Positions 37,388 to 48,739 are shown, counted from the first letter of the stretch. The stretch: DNA of 64,000 bases from Promethearchaeota archaeon (GCA_048939995.1 JBHLOY010000001.1:302349-366348); one strand, 5' to 3'. Notes: generated by a model not told the origin, from the letters alone. Numbers and translations are program-made.

Positions 37388-40300
37388 ATGGGATCCAATG
37401 AGAAGAAAAAATCTAGTGAGAGAATTGAACGTGCAACTACCTTTCTTACGAAACTTTGGTGGTTTTTTGCTTTTTTAATAGGAATTCCAGTAACTATTTC
37501 CACTATTAGTTTCTATATTTTCAACTTCATTATAAGAGATATTTATATCTCTATTGGACTTTCAGTGGTTGTCTATTTATTCGCCATTTTCATTTTTTAT
37601 AAAAGTTTTGACCAATACAGAAATAGTCCTTTCTTTCTTAATAATAAAAACAATTTTAGCGCCAGAATTCACACATTTTATATAATTAGTAGCCTTGCTT
37701 TAATAGTTACTCCTATATTTGTTTATATAACTCCTGAGGGATATTATTTTGAATTACTTCCTTTAATTTCTTATTGTATTTTATATAATATCATTTATTT
37801 TTATTATTTTTATAAGCCTATTGAAGATTATGATATCTCTGAATCAAGATTTAAAAGTGGAATAAGTTTTAAATCATCGTTGAAAGAGTTTCACAATGTA
37901 GTGGTTATATTAAATTACATAATTCATATTATTTTCTTAACCTATACCCATTACACGAGATTATCATGGCTATTTGCTTTAATATCAAATATTGTTTTCT
38001 ATATCTACACAATATTAACAACAAGAAATTTAAGGAAGAACTTTAGAATTGCTATTGACAAAGGGGAATCTATTCTTAACTATTTAATAAAATTTAAGAA
38101 AAAGTTCACAATATCGATTATTAGCCTGTGTTTTGTGCTCTTAATTCAATTACCATTTGATTTTTATCTAATAAATACCCTATCTGGTGCCATCTATACC
38201 TATTTTGATTATATTATGATCATATTCTATTCAATGATCTTCTTCTTTTTATACTTGAAACTACGGATATATGCCTCAATATATTACGAGAAGGAAGTCT
38301 TTAAATTATCTAATCAGGGAATGAATGAATCAAATGAAGATTCTTCAAGAATTTTAATGAAATATCAAAAATGGAATATGATAATATCTCTGTTTTTCAG
38401 TATTTTCGTGCTTTTATTTTCATTAGGGATCAATTTTCCGGTAATAATCATTATTTCCTTGCCAGCTATTATTATAGCAACGTATTATGAACAAAAGGCT
38501 AACTTTTGCCCAAAGAGATATAGTCGTTATATATTTTTATTCAATAGTATTATTATATTAAGTTCAATATTATTTTTAGGAGTTTTTTATCTCGAACTTC
38601 AAATAATTCTATTTCTCCTAAGTATCTATTTGGATTTACAAATTTTTTCTCATTATAAGTATTTTGATAAAAATAAAATCATTTTGACCCAACATTTAAT
38701 AGCTTTCATATGCTTCTTAGTAATTTCTCAATTATTTTATCCTTTCATTTCATTAATCTATTTAGGGTTAGCTATTGACCCTTTTTTGTTAAATCTTATA
38801 AATATCTTAATCTATATATTATTAGTAAGTTTAGCATTATTAGGTACCTTCTATTATTTATATTTCCGTTACTTTAGAAAAAGTAAATGGAAGAATTTTA
38901 GTCTAATTCTAAATATTGTTATCTTTTTAATCGAAATTCTTTCATTTGCTCTTATAAATTTATATAGTATTTTTTCTGTAGAATTTAATGTATATATTAA
39001 TTATGTTATAATAAGTGCTATTTTTCTACCAATAATTTTTGATTTGTTTATTGGGCTTAACTATCTCCTTGGAATCACATCTAAAAAAATTTCTTTGAAG
39101 GAATTATACTACTCATGTTGGATTTTAATTTTAACAATATTTAGTACCCTACTTTATTTTTCCCTAAATAATTACATGTTCCTAATAGCCGATTTATTAT
39201 ATCTCTCTATTTTTTCCCTGATTTTACTTAAATTTGGAGTGAAAATTGAGCAAGTAAATATTAAGATCTTCAAAAAAATTGTGAGTCTTAACTCAATTTT
39301 TATCCTTATAGAGCTTTATTGCTTAACATTCTCAATTATTTTTTCGAATCTTATTTTTTTAGAAATTTCACATAACCTTTTGCTTTCTTCTTATTTCTCA
39401 TTGGTTTCAATCGCAATTTTAATAAATATATTCCTAAGGAAGATTATTTCAATGGTAATAATAAAAATGATTAATTTGGTTAGTTTACTGTTTTCTACAG
39501 GAATAATTTTTTACAATTTATACGCTTATACTCTTGGATCTTATTTTGTTATTATTATTCCGATTTTATCTTCATGCCTTTTCTTTTATATTTTCATTTT
39601 TTATCTTAAATCATTAATACATGGGTTTTTACCAAAAAACCTTTTTTTAATAAATACAATAATCATATTCATCTCCTTATCTCTTATACCGTCATTCTAT
39701 GCATTAGAAAGCATTAAGTTAGGATTAACTGTTGATTTTGTTACAGTATTTAATTCAACCCTTTACATTATTCTTGGAATATTGTTTTTTATCACTGTTT
39801 TCTCGCCACAATTTAAAATTAGAGAAGGAAGGAAGCGATTTGTACTATTTACGCTGATTCTTCTTCTGTTCATTTTAGCGGGAACCACAGTTTTTTATTA
39901 TTCAAATCTATTTTTATATACTACTTTGTTTGGAGAAACAGTTCCTTTAATCGCAAGCTCAGCTTTTCTTTTCGTTCCTTTAATATTACTATATAAGTAT
40001 CAATTTATTAAAATTAAAACTAGTAAAATCCTTATCCTTTTAAACTATCTTTTTCTCTGGGGAGCGCTAATATCTATTCCAATTGTTTTTTGCTTAGAAT
40101 TTATAAGATTAGGTAATTTTATTCAAACTTATCTCATGGTAACATTATTAGTTGTAATATTTTATGGGTTTTTAAAATCTCTATCCCCCATATCACAATC
40201 GCTTGAATTTAGAGCATCTTTTGATTATAAAATACGAATAATGCAAATATGCATTTGGTTTTGTATTGCAGTCTTGATCTCATTAATTATTCCTTTTTTC

Positions 40301-43300
40301 TTTTTATTCCAACAATATTATTGGTTAAATCTATTTACAATAAGTTGTACACTAATTCTTTTTTTCATCCTGAATATAGCAAATCTACCTCAATTAGAGA
40401 GTTTCAAGCAAAAAGTCTTTGAAAACAAAAGAAGCAAATTAGATTTTTATAAAATTTACAAAATTTATGAATATTATAAAAATATTATTTATTTTGGACT
40501 AATTTTTTCAATATCTTTCTTTTTTTACTCAATCTTCCAAGCTTTCAATCTTGTTTATATAATTTTTCAATCAACTGATAGCTTATTAACGGGTTCTTTT
40601 AACCTAGTAATTTTTTTGATATTTACTTTATTACTCTTACATTTTACAAGTAAGATAATTAGATTAGAATTTGTTAAAACAAGAGATATAATTGAATTAA
40701 TAATTTGGTTAACTATAAAATTCAGTATTTTATTGTTCCTCTCTTTATTGCCCATTCAAATTTCAATTTCTAATAGAATTTTTCTAATAATCCTAGCGTT
40801 TGCTATTCAAAGCCCAATTACCATTAACTATCTCGATAAACATATGATGTTTTTAGAAAATACTAAGCTACTCATGAATAGAGTTATAGGATTTTTGTTT
40901 TTTGTAGCAGCTTTAGGGTTTATTATGGAAAATCTATGGAGTGTTAATATTAGTATATTATACTTTAATCAAAATATTCCAATTTTTATTGGCTTTCTTA
41001 TATGTTTAATTTTTACATTTTTTAATTATTACATTATACATTTTAATGAAATTATCCAAAAAGGAGGGAGATTTAGAATATACAGATTGTATCTAATCTC
41101 CTTTCTGTTATTAGTTCTATTTCTATTGATGAATATTCAATTTATTCTAATATTTTTATTTGGTGTTCTTGTTATACTTCTTCGAAACAAGAATAGAAAT
41201 TTTATATGGCATCTAATCAATTATTTCGTAATTAGTTTTCTTTGTTTAATTGAATTAAATCTTTTTATAATAAAATTTAATCTTCTTCCTTTTACTTATA
41301 TCCACCCAGGAATTTTTGCTTGGATATATTTTATATCCTTTATTTCTATTTTATTTATTTCAATTATTCTTAATTTTAAAAGAATCAATATTCTTGAGGA
41401 ATTATTATTGGATTTTTTAATTCCTTGTTTAATTTTTACCTCGATTTTAATTTTCTTTCCGATTCCTATTTTTTATAACATCACAATTTCTATTACTATT
41501 CTACTATTTTTAATAAGCTTATTCTTTTATCGCAAAAAAGATGACATATATATTTGGTTTATACGTCCATGCGCCTTATTATTTCTCTTTAACCTAATAA
41601 GTATTGGCTCTTATTTCATAATATTTAGTTTACCCATCTATCTTGAATACAATCTGATATTAAGTTCCACCCTAACTTTTAGTATTATAGGTTTTTGCTT
41701 TGCTTTATTTTATCATAATTTAGAAAAGAAATTTAAAAGTAAAGTAATATCAATTGTTCTCATCTTAAGTGTCATCAGTTCCTTTATATTTTCTTACCTA
41801 ATCATAGAAATATCATTTACATTAGCTTTTATTTTTCCATGGTTGATTGCTGGAAATATGGCTATCATCTTATTATATATCTCCATTGGAATTTATCAAT
41901 GGAAAATATCATGGGCAATTTGGAAATCAGGGTATTGGATTTGGATATTTGTTCCGATCGTTAATTATCTTTTAATCGCTCAATCATTCGCAGGAATTGA
42001 TGTTTATACAAATGCTCTAAATTTATTTGGTTTAAACATTTATGGTTCGTATTTAATAACGTTTGTCATTTGTTTATTATTATCATTACCCTTCTGGTAT
42101 ACATGGATTAAAGACCACTTTAATGTAGTTTTGTTTACGATTTGGGGTTTTAGTTTGTTTTTAATATTTTGGTTTAGTCAAAATGCTTTCTTTGGATTTG
42201 ATATATTAATTATTTTATCATTTCTGGGAATTGCTATAATATTCCTTATGCCAATTTTTTATAGATTAGGTTTTTGGAAAATTCTATCTATTCTTTGGCT
42301 AATATTCACTTCACTTCTAACCATTTTTATAACATTCATTTTTGTTGGAATTAATTTCCCTTTAAACCAGATTATTCCATTTGATTTAGTCGTGGTTGGA
42401 TTTCTTTTCATAGTATTTTCCTTTTTTCCAAATTTGAAAGCTATGAAATACATAATATTGATTACAGCTTACTCCGTAGCCATGATTGGTATTTTTTGGA
42501 TACTATATATCCTTATGGTTTCAATAACCTATAATATTCCTGTATCAATCAATATCTCTTTCATTATAATTGGTTTTAGTCTATTTAGTTCACGTATATT
42601 GAAATTAAATAAAAAATTATTCAATTTTCTAATTTCTACAATGTTAACTGTGAATTTTTCACTTTTAACATTCTTCACTTTTATCATGATCCCTCATTTT
42701 GAATTTTTCGCGTTATTTTTAGCTATAACTGTTTGTGGAGGATCTCTTCTTGTATTTAATCGATTTCGAATGTTTTCTCCGATTAAAATGATCATTCCTT
42801 TATCTATCTTATCTATGGGAATATCCTTAACATTCTCTACTTTAATCTATATTTTTCTACCAAATTCTTTTTTCCTTATATCTGCTGCGTTCATTTCGAT
42901 AATTTTATTGATTAATTATCCCGTTTTAAAATATATTCGCCACATTTTATGGTATTCTGTTCCTTTGCCTTTTTGTTTGTTTATTTTGCACTTTTTATCA
43001 TTACTAGGGCCGTTCCAATCAATATTTAATTTAACCTTGGTTGGATTGATTTTATATACCTCGATATTTCAAATACTTACGAATTTATTTTATGGTAAAG
43101 CCAGGAGTATAAATCTTTTAGCTTTTGTTTTAAATTCTACCTATATATCCCTATTTATTGCTATTCTCAGTCCCTTATTTATCGTCTATAAGATTCTTGA
43201 ATTTTTTATAATTTGGTCAATTTTGATTTTATTATGTATTAGATATATAGAGAAGGGGGGTCAAGAACTTCTCAAAAATAAGGCAATTACCATTTTACTT

Positions 43301-45868
43301 AAAATTAGTAGTTATATAGCATTATTCCTCTACCTTGAAATTTCTCTTCTAATTACAGGTATATTAAATGAATTTATAGTGCCTGAATTCACGAGTAGTG
43401 TTTTGATTTTTTTTGGAACCTTACTTTTATTATCATTACTAGATATTTTCCTTATTAAGAAAGTTAGTAGCAAGTTAGTTTATCCAATTAATGTGATTTG
43501 CTACATTTTAATTTCAATTTATTTATTTATATTTCTAAATCGCTTTTTAGCTATAGATATACAATTTATTTTCTTAAATCTAATCATATTATTGGCGATG
43601 CAATTTTATACCATAAAAATCATATTTTCTCTTCTAAATCAATTAGAACGTTATGATAGAGAGAAGTTAACCTCTTTACAAAAGATTTTTCAAACGATTT
43701 TACTTAATACTATATTCGTTGTTATTAGTTTATTTGGATCATCTTATTTCACATCAATATTCCTAAATGTTTCACCATTGCTTAGTGGATTCTCTGCTAT
43801 TTTCTTGTTTCTAATGATTTTTAGTTTTCTAATGTTTAATCTGAATCAGTTAGTAAAGATTAGGTTTAAGCTAAAGGTGTTATTTGTTTATTATCTAATA
43901 TTTATAGTAAGTTTTGTTTCATTTTTTACCTCTTATATTATGATTTTCAATCTTATTACTATCTTATATCTGAGTCTATTTTCTCTTATTATCACTAGTT
44001 TGTTATCTTACTTTATCTCCTTGCTAAACAAAATATATATAGAAAAATTAGGGACTGAGATGATAAAGAAAGTTTATTCATTTTTACAATTTATTCTTTA
44101 CTTAGAAATTTCATTGATTTTCTATAGTCAATTTTCCGTTTATTTCAATATATTCGAAAGTATATTAACGTCTCAAATAGTCCTAAGTTTAATTTCCTTA
44201 ATCGAATTAAAATTTATAAAAAAAGTAAAAGCCTCCTATGTTCTTCTTATTCACACGATTAGCTTTTTTAACATTAGTTGGGCTCTATACGTTATTATAT
44301 TTCAATTTACTTACAATTATTTTAATTTAAATATCATTTTCTTCATTTTAATGCAATTTTATACGAATCACCTATACTTTATTACTAAAGCTGAATTTAA
44401 TCCAACAAAAAAACCTAATTTTAAGAAATGGAAATTAATTAGACAAAAAATAATTGGATCTTGTTTCTACCTTGCTTTATTAGTATATATTGTGCAGTAT
44501 TTAATTCTATTTATTCCTGATATTCTGCTAGTAGTTTTAATCTCAAGTATATTACTTCATGGTTTAATGTATTTAGATAAATATGTGTCTAAATTTTTAG
44601 CTACCTGGTCAAAATATCTAATTATATTTTCTGGGATCTTAATTATAGGTGTTTCTATTTTGTATTCGTTGAATTGGATCTTAACTATTTCTATACAAAT
44701 CATTCCTATAACAATACTCATAGTTTTACTTGAAGTAACCTATTTGATAAGATTATTACATCTGTGGAATATTTTAAAAAGTGAGTTTGCTAAGAATCGA
44801 AATTACCTCATTATCTTATTCTATTTAGATATCATAACTTGGCCTCTTTTTTATTTAAACTTGCAAATTTATAATTTTCTGAATATCTTGTTGATATTTT
44901 TTATAATATTAATAATAATTTCTCTGATTGATATTCGGATAAAAGCCATTAAACCGAGTCTAAGAAGAACAATCTTTAAGGTTGGTTATACAATTTTTGA
45001 TATAATATTATCAATACAGATATATACGTTATTAGAATACATAATTCAACCAAACTTACCATTAAATCTTTCAATAGCAGGTCTAGTATTTATTATAGTA
45101 ATTGGTTTTTTAATAAAGCCTTTTAAAAAGCGTAGACTTATTTCATTCTTTTACTGGTTCTTTATATATCTATTCATTAGCCTTATCATTTTTTACGCCT
45201 ATTTGAATCTTTGGAGTTTTACAGTAGTTGTATTTGGAATACTATTATATCCGTTTATTTTCATGCTTGAGGAGTTGAGAGAATTATTTAATCATTTCTT
45301 AGATTATCTTCAGAAGCTTATAATCAAAATTAAATATATCATAATAGCTGGTTATAAAAAATTGATTAAATTCATTAAAGACAACTTCAAGATAGTCCGA
45401 ATTTTAATTTGTATAATCTTTGGAATAATGATGGGTTTTATCTTTTCTGAGTTTGTTTTAGTCATTTTAAATCTATATCACTCAATTCTGTTAGCAATAG
45501 CTTCTTTTGGGATTATTTATGCTTTTACTGACTATTTATGGTACTTTTTTTACGTCAAAAAGCTTGGAGATGTAAGACAAATATTCAGACAAAAGTTAAA
45601 GATATTTATAATTATTTGGATTAGCTTCTCCGTCTTTATATTTACATTAATACTACCCTATGTTGGTTCTGTCCTTTATTCATTATTTCTTATCTTAATA
45701 CCATTTTGGGGTTTAGGATCAATTTTAATCTGGGTGGTTAATCGAAAAGAGGCTAAACAAAAAATTTCGGTAAAAACTAGGTTCTTTATAACCTTGTCTA
45801 CAATAGTAATATTTGTTATTTGGGTAACAGTTATTCTAATTTGGTACTTTTTTGAAATTCGTGTTTAA
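37388..45868 (+). CDS. Giant polytopic membrane protein of unknown function
   Basis: 2826-aa uninterrupted ORF made almost wholly of hydrophobic segments with short Lys/Arg loops. Confidence 0.85.
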   Translation: MGSNEKKKSSERIERATTFLTKLWWFFAFLIGIPVTISTISFYIFNFIIRDIYISIGLSVVVYLFAIFIFYKSFDQYRNSPFFLNNKNNFSARIHTFYIISSLALIVTPIFVYITPEGYYFELLPLISYCILYNIIYFYYFYKPIEDYDISESRFKSGISFKSSLKEFHNVVVILNYIIHIIFLTYTHYTRLSWLFALISNIVFYIYTILTTRNLRKNFRIAIDKGESILNYLIKFKKKFTISIISLCFVLLIQLPFDFYLINTLSGAIYTYFDYIMIIFYSMIFFFLYLKLRIYASIYYEKEVFKLSNQGMNESNEDSSRILMKYQKWNMIISLFFSIFVLLFSLGINFPVIIIISLPAIIIATYYEQKANFCPKRYSRYIFLFNSIIILSSILFLGVFYLELQIILFLLSIYLDLQIFSHYKYFDKNKIILTQHLIAFICFLVISQLFYPFISLIYLGLAIDPFLLNLINILIYILLVSLALLGTFYYLYFRYFRKSKWKNFSLILNIVIFLIEILSFALINLYSIFSVEFNVYINYVIISAIFLPIIFDLFIGLNYLLGITSKKISLKELYYSCWILILTIFSTLLYFSLNNYMFLIADLLYLSIFSLILLKFGVKIEQVNIKIFKKIVSLNSIFILIELYCLTFSIIFSNLIFLEISHNLLLSSYFSLVSIAILINIFLRKIISMVIIKMINLVSLLFSTGIIFYNLYAYTLGSYFVIIIPILSSCLFFYIFIFYLKSLIHGFLPKNLFLINTIIIFISLSLIPSFYALESIKLGLTVDFVTVFNSTLYIILGILFFITVFSPQFKIREGRKRFVLFTLILLLFILAGTTVFYYSNLFLYTTLFGETVPLIASSAFLFVPLILLYKYQFIKIKTSKILILLNYLFLWGALISIPIVFCLEFIRLGNFIQTYLMVTLLVVIFYGFLKSLSPISQSLEFRASFDYKIRIMQICIWFCIAVLISLIIPFFFLFQQYYWLNLFTISCTLILFFILNIANLPQLESFKQKVFENKRSKLDFYKIYKIYEYYKNIIYFGLIFSISFFFYSIFQAFNLVYIIFQSTDSLLTGSFNLVIFLIFTLLLLHFTSKIIRLEFVKTRDIIELIIWLTIKFSILLFLSLLPIQISISNRIFLIILAFAIQSPITINYLDKHMMFLENTKLLMNRVIGFLFFVAALGFIMENLWSVNISILYFNQNIPIFIGFLICLIFTFFNYYIIHFNEIIQKGGRFRIYRLYLISFLLLVLFLLMNIQFILIFLFGVLVILLRNKNRNFIWHLINYFVISFLCLIELNLFIIKFNLLPFTYIHPGIFAWIYFISFISILFISIILNFKRINILEELLLDFLIPCLIFTSILIFFPIPIFYNITISITILLFLISLFFYRKKDDIYIWFIRPCALLFLFNLISIGSYFIIFSLPIYLEYNLILSSTLTFSIIGFCFALFYHNLEKKFKSKVISIVLILSVISSFIFSYLIIEISFTLAFIFPWLIAGNMAIILLYISIGIYQWKISWAIWKSGYWIWIFVPIVNYLLIAQSFAGIDVYTNALNLFGLNIYGSYLITFVICLLLSLPFWYTWIKDHFNVVLFTIWGFSLFLIFWFSQNAFFGFDILIILSFLGIAIIFLMPIFYRLGFWKILSILWLIFTSLLTIFITFIFVGINFPLNQIIPFDLVVVGFLFIVFSFFPNLKAMKYIILITAYSVAMIGIFWILYILMVSITYNIPVSINISFIIIGFSLFSSRILKLNKKLFNFLISTMLTVNFSLLTFFTFIMIPHFEFFALFLAITVCGGSLLVFNRFRMFSPIKMIIPLSILSMGISLTFSTLIYIFLPNSFFLISAAFISIILLINYPVLKYIRHILWYSVPLPFCLFILHFLSLLGPFQSIFNLTLVGLILYTSIFQILTNLFYGKARSINLLAFVLNSTYISLFIAILSPLFIVYKILEFFIIWSILILLCIRYIEKGGQELLKNKAITILLKISSYIALFLYLEISLLITGILNEFIVPEFTSSVLIFFGTLLLLSLLDIFLIKKVSSKLVYPINVICYILISIYLFIFLNRFLAIDIQFIFLNLIILLAMQFYTIKIIFSLLNQLERYDREKLTSLQKIFQTILLNTIFVVISLFGSSYFTSIFLNVSPLLSGFSAIFLFLMIFSFLMFNLNQLVKIRFKLKVLFVYYLIFIVSFVSFFTSYIMIFNLITILYLSLFSLIITSLLSYFISLLNKIYIEKLGTEMIKKVYSFLQFILYLEISLIFYSQFSVYFNIFESILTSQIVLSLISLIELKFIKKVKASYVLLIHTISFFNISWALYVIIFQFTYNYFNLNIIFFILMQFYTNHLYFITKAEFNPTKKPNFKKWKLIRQKIIGSCFYLALLVYIVQYLILFIPDILLVVLISSILLHGLMYLDKYVSKFLATWSKYLIIFSGILIIGVSILYSLNWILTISIQIIPITILIVLLEVTYLIRLLHLWNILKSEFAKNRNYLIILFYLDIITWPLFYLNLQIYNFLNILLIFFIILIIISLIDIRIKAIKPSLRRTIFKVGYTIFDIILSIQIYTLLEYIIQPNLPLNLSIAGLVFIIVIGFLIKPFKKRRLISFFYWFFIYLFISLIIFYAYLNLWSFTVVVFGILLYPFIFMLEELRELFNHFLDYLQKLIIKIKYIIIAGYKKLIKFIKDNFKIVRILICIIFGIMMGFIFSEFVLVILNLYHSILLAIASFGIIYAFTDYLWYFFYVKKLGDVRQIFRQKLKIFIIIWISFSVFIFTLILPYVGSVLYSLFLILIPFWGLGSILIWVVNRKEAKQKISVKTRFFITLSTIVIFVIWVTVILIWYFFEIRV

Positions 45869-45908
45869 AGGATTTAGGTTTCAATGAAAAATTTATTAAA
45901 GAATTAGG

Positions 45909-46070
45909 TTAAAGATTTCTCTTTTTCCACTTTCTTATATAAGACTTAAACTCGTCATCTTTCATGCCAATTGTATTTACTTCATTAACATGACTGGACG
46001 ATTTATGATTGGGAGCATTTTTCTTAAAATTTAATGTCCAATCATAATAAGATACTGCTTTTGATGACAT
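45909..46070 (-). CDS. 53-aa hypothetical microprotein (not in ORF track)
   Basis: MSSKAVSYYDWTLNFKKNAPNHKSSSHVNEVNTIGMKDDEFKSYIRKWKKRNL; fills an otherwise empty gap. Confidence 0.5.
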   Translation of the reverse strand: MSSKAVSYYDWTLNFKKNAPNHKSSSHVNEVNTIGMKDDEFKSYIRKWKKRNL

Positions 46071-46229
46071 AATTAAACAATATATGTACCGAAAGATAAA
46101 TCAAAAGAGAGTGTTAAATTTCTAAATATTAAAAGGCTAAGAATGGATTAAAACAAATATAAAAACCTAAAAAGAATGATTGATTGACTTTAAAATAATT
46201 AATTTAAATAAACTCAAAAGGGGAATATT

Positions 46230-46775
46230 ATGGAAAATGAACAAAATAATACAAAAATTAATGTAAGAGATTGGATCATTCTCAGTACTACAATGATCGG
46301 AGCTGTTTTAACAATTCTTGCCTTGATATGGCAATTTAAACCTTCTTATGGTATTATAACCGTAACTTTTCTTCTATTGCTTTCTTTCATATTGTTTGTA
46401 AATTCTGTGTCAGCAAATTCAAAAGCAAATTTTGAAATTAAGTCAAAAAGAATGAAAGAAAAACAGATCTTTAGATTTGTTTCATTTGCGGAATACACTT
46501 TTGGTCTTGGCTTTACTCTTGTAATAACTGCTTTTTCTATTCTTGGCTATAAATATTTCATAGATTTTGCAGGTCGAAGTTTAATAGCACTAATTCTACC
46601 AATTAGTTTTATGATCGTTACATGGATAATGATCTTTATTTATAATACTATTAATTACTCTGGAAGGCCACTTAAGAGTTTTAGAAGTTTAAAGAGAAAT
46701 TTATGGATATTAATGGAAATGTTATGTTTATTTTGTATAATCTTAGATTTTTTTGAAATTATATTAATTCCATAA
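46230..46775 (+). CDS. Hypothetical membrane protein
   Basis: 181 aa, about five TM segments. Confidence 0.8.
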   Translation: MENEQNNTKINVRDWIILSTTMIGAVLTILALIWQFKPSYGIITVTFLLLLSFILFVNSVSANSKANFEIKSKRMKEKQIFRFVSFAEYTFGLGFTLVITAFSILGYKYFIDFAGRSLIALILPISFMIVTWIMIFIYNTINYSGRPLKSFRSLKRNLWILMEMLCLFCIILDFFEIILIP

Positions 46776-46784
46776 CCTTTTTTC

Positions 46785-47810
46785 TTAGCTCTTTTTTTTT
46801 TCAATTAATATATATTCCTTTCTAGGTTTACCGCTGTCTCCTTTAATTTCGATTTCTTTAACTATTCCTTGATTAATGAAATAATTTAATATTTCTCTTA
46901 GTTTACCCCCTCCAATTTTTGATTCAATGCTTAATTCTTTTGTTGAGATATTTTCTTTGTCTTGAATTATATTTAGTACAGTTTGGAAGGGCTCTGGATA
47001 TTCGATTTTTATTCTTTTTATAATAGTTTTTACTTCAAGATATCGTTTTGATTGTTGTACAAAATTACTACCAAAGAATCCATCAAAGTGAAAAATATCA
47101 TCATTTAAGAAGAGAACTGTGTTGAGATATTTTTCATCTATTAAAAAGACTCCATTGTTCACTATTAAATCATTATAGCGAACTTGTTGACATGTTCTTT
47201 CTTTAACTTGAATTATTTCAATTCTGATTCTCTTAAGAATATCAGTAATTTGATCAAAATAATTATTTATTGAATCAAAATCCTCATTAGAAAAATATAG
47301 AACTAAATGAATCCCCCTCAAAAATGAATTGTAAAAAGCAGGTTCTAACTTCTTTAATAAAGTCGGGGGAAGTGCTGACATGTATATTTCATTCCTGCAA
47401 TTTTCTATTAACTTATAATGATATTCGGCAGCAAGGTTTATATCTGTATAATGATAAAATGTTATATTTGCATAACATTTACCCGAGGTACTTTCTTCTG
47501 CTTTAATTGTTTCTCCGATCAAACTAATTTGTTCCTTAAATCCTTTGATTCTTTCGTCCAATAATTTGGTTAAAGCAATCTGAGGATCAATTCTGAAATA
47601 TTTTTTATTCTTTTCACTTTTAGATGAGAAAATTAGTCCCATATCTTCTAAAATTGATAAATTGTAATTAACCTGAGCATATGATAGGTTCAATTTTTCT
47701 TTGAATTCAAGAATTGTTCCCGATTTTTCTTCGATTATATAATCATATAATTGAATCTGAATTTCTGATAATCCGATATCTCTTAGATAACTATGGTAAT
47801 TTTTAAGCAT
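46785..47810 (-). CDS. TrmB-family transcriptional regulator with extra C-terminal wHTH
   Basis: N-terminal wHTH (IGLSEIQIQLY...LEDMGLI...YFRIDP), effector-type domain, C-terminal HTH. Confidence 0.8.
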   Translation of the reverse strand: MLKNYHSYLRDIGLSEIQIQLYDYIIEEKSGTILEFKEKLNLSYAQVNYNLSILEDMGLIFSSKSEKNKKYFRIDPQIALTKLLDERIKGFKEQISLIGETIKAEESTSGKCYANITFYHYTDINLAAEYHYKLIENCRNEIYMSALPPTLLKKLEPAFYNSFLRGIHLVLYFSNEDFDSINNYFDQITDILKRIRIEIIQVKERTCQQVRYNDLIVNNGVFLIDEKYLNTVLFLNDDIFHFDGFFGSNFVQQSKRYLEVKTIIKRIKIEYPEPFQTVLNIIQDKENISTKELSIESKIGGGKLREILNYFINQGIVKEIEIKGDSGKPRKEYILIEKKKS

Positions 47811-47970
47811 TTTTATAATTATTACTCTCTGGCTATCTAATTATTATGTGACACAATTAAAAAGTAATTTCTAAAATATATTGGTTATTTATGGTGTTAA
47901 ATACACTTCTCAAATAACACAAAAACAATTAAAATTGAAAAATAATAAAAATTTAATGAGGTGATATTTT

Positions 47971-48102
47971 TTGGCTCAATGTAAAGATTGTAAATTTTAT
48001 AAACCAATAAATGATACTAAAGGAGACTGTTTTGGTCATGAGGTTCCTGCGACACTTGATACAAATAATTGCCCTACAAATAGTTTTCAACCAAGAGACT
48101 AG
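47971..48102 (+). CDS. 43-aa 4-Cys microprotein, BssC/HiPIP-like (not in ORF track)
   Basis: GAGGTGA SD (47958-47964) then TTG: MAQCKDCKFYKPINDTKGDCFGHEVPATLDTNNCPTNSFQPRD. Confidence 0.75.
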   Translation: MAQCKDCKFYKPINDTKGDCFGHEVPATLDTNNCPTNSFQPRD

Positions 48103-48115
48103 AAGTTGATAAAAA

Positions 48116-48739
48116 ATGACGGTAAAAATAGATTTCAAGAAATCAATGAAAGAGTTATATCAACCAAGTGCGAAAGAGCCCGTATTGATTCATGTACCAG
48201 AAATGCAATTCATAATGATAGAAGGCAAGGGATCTCCAGGCGATTCACAACAATATAGTGATGCGATTGGAACGCTATATCCAATAGCATATAAGTTAAA
48301 ATTCTTAAGTAAAGGGAAGAGTAAAGATTATGTAGTTCCTCCACTTGAAGGTTTATGGTGGGCTGATGACATGAAAGATTTTATAGAAGGAAATAGGGAC
48401 AAGTGGAAATGGACAATGATGATTATGACTCCCAAGTGGGTGACCTCGCGAATGTATGAGGAAGCAAAGAGATTCGCGTTAGCGAAGAAGTCTGAACTTA
48501 AAGAAAGTATTACCAAGGTACGACTTGAGAAATATCATGAAGGTAAATCTGCACAAATTATGCACATTGGACCATATTCAGAAGAACATCATACAATTAT
48601 GAAACTACATAATTATATCAAGGAGCAGGGAGGCAATTTTGATGGTTATAAACATAAGCATCATGAAATTTATCTTAGCGATCCAAGAAAGGCTAATCCG
48701 GCAACAATGAAAACTATAATAAGACAACCTTTTGAATAA
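48116..48739 (+). CDS. GyrI-like small-molecule-binding protein
   Basis: YVVPPLEGLWW, WKWTMMI, HIGPYSEE and HHEIYLSDPR. Confidence 0.9.
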   Translation: MTVKIDFKKSMKELYQPSAKEPVLIHVPEMQFIMIEGKGSPGDSQQYSDAIGTLYPIAYKLKFLSKGKSKDYVVPPLEGLWWADDMKDFIEGNRDKWKWTMMIMTPKWVTSRMYEEAKRFALAKKSELKESITKVRLEKYHEGKSAQIMHIGPYSEEHHTIMKLHNYIKEQGGNFDGYKHKHHEIYLSDPRKANPATMKTIIRQPFE

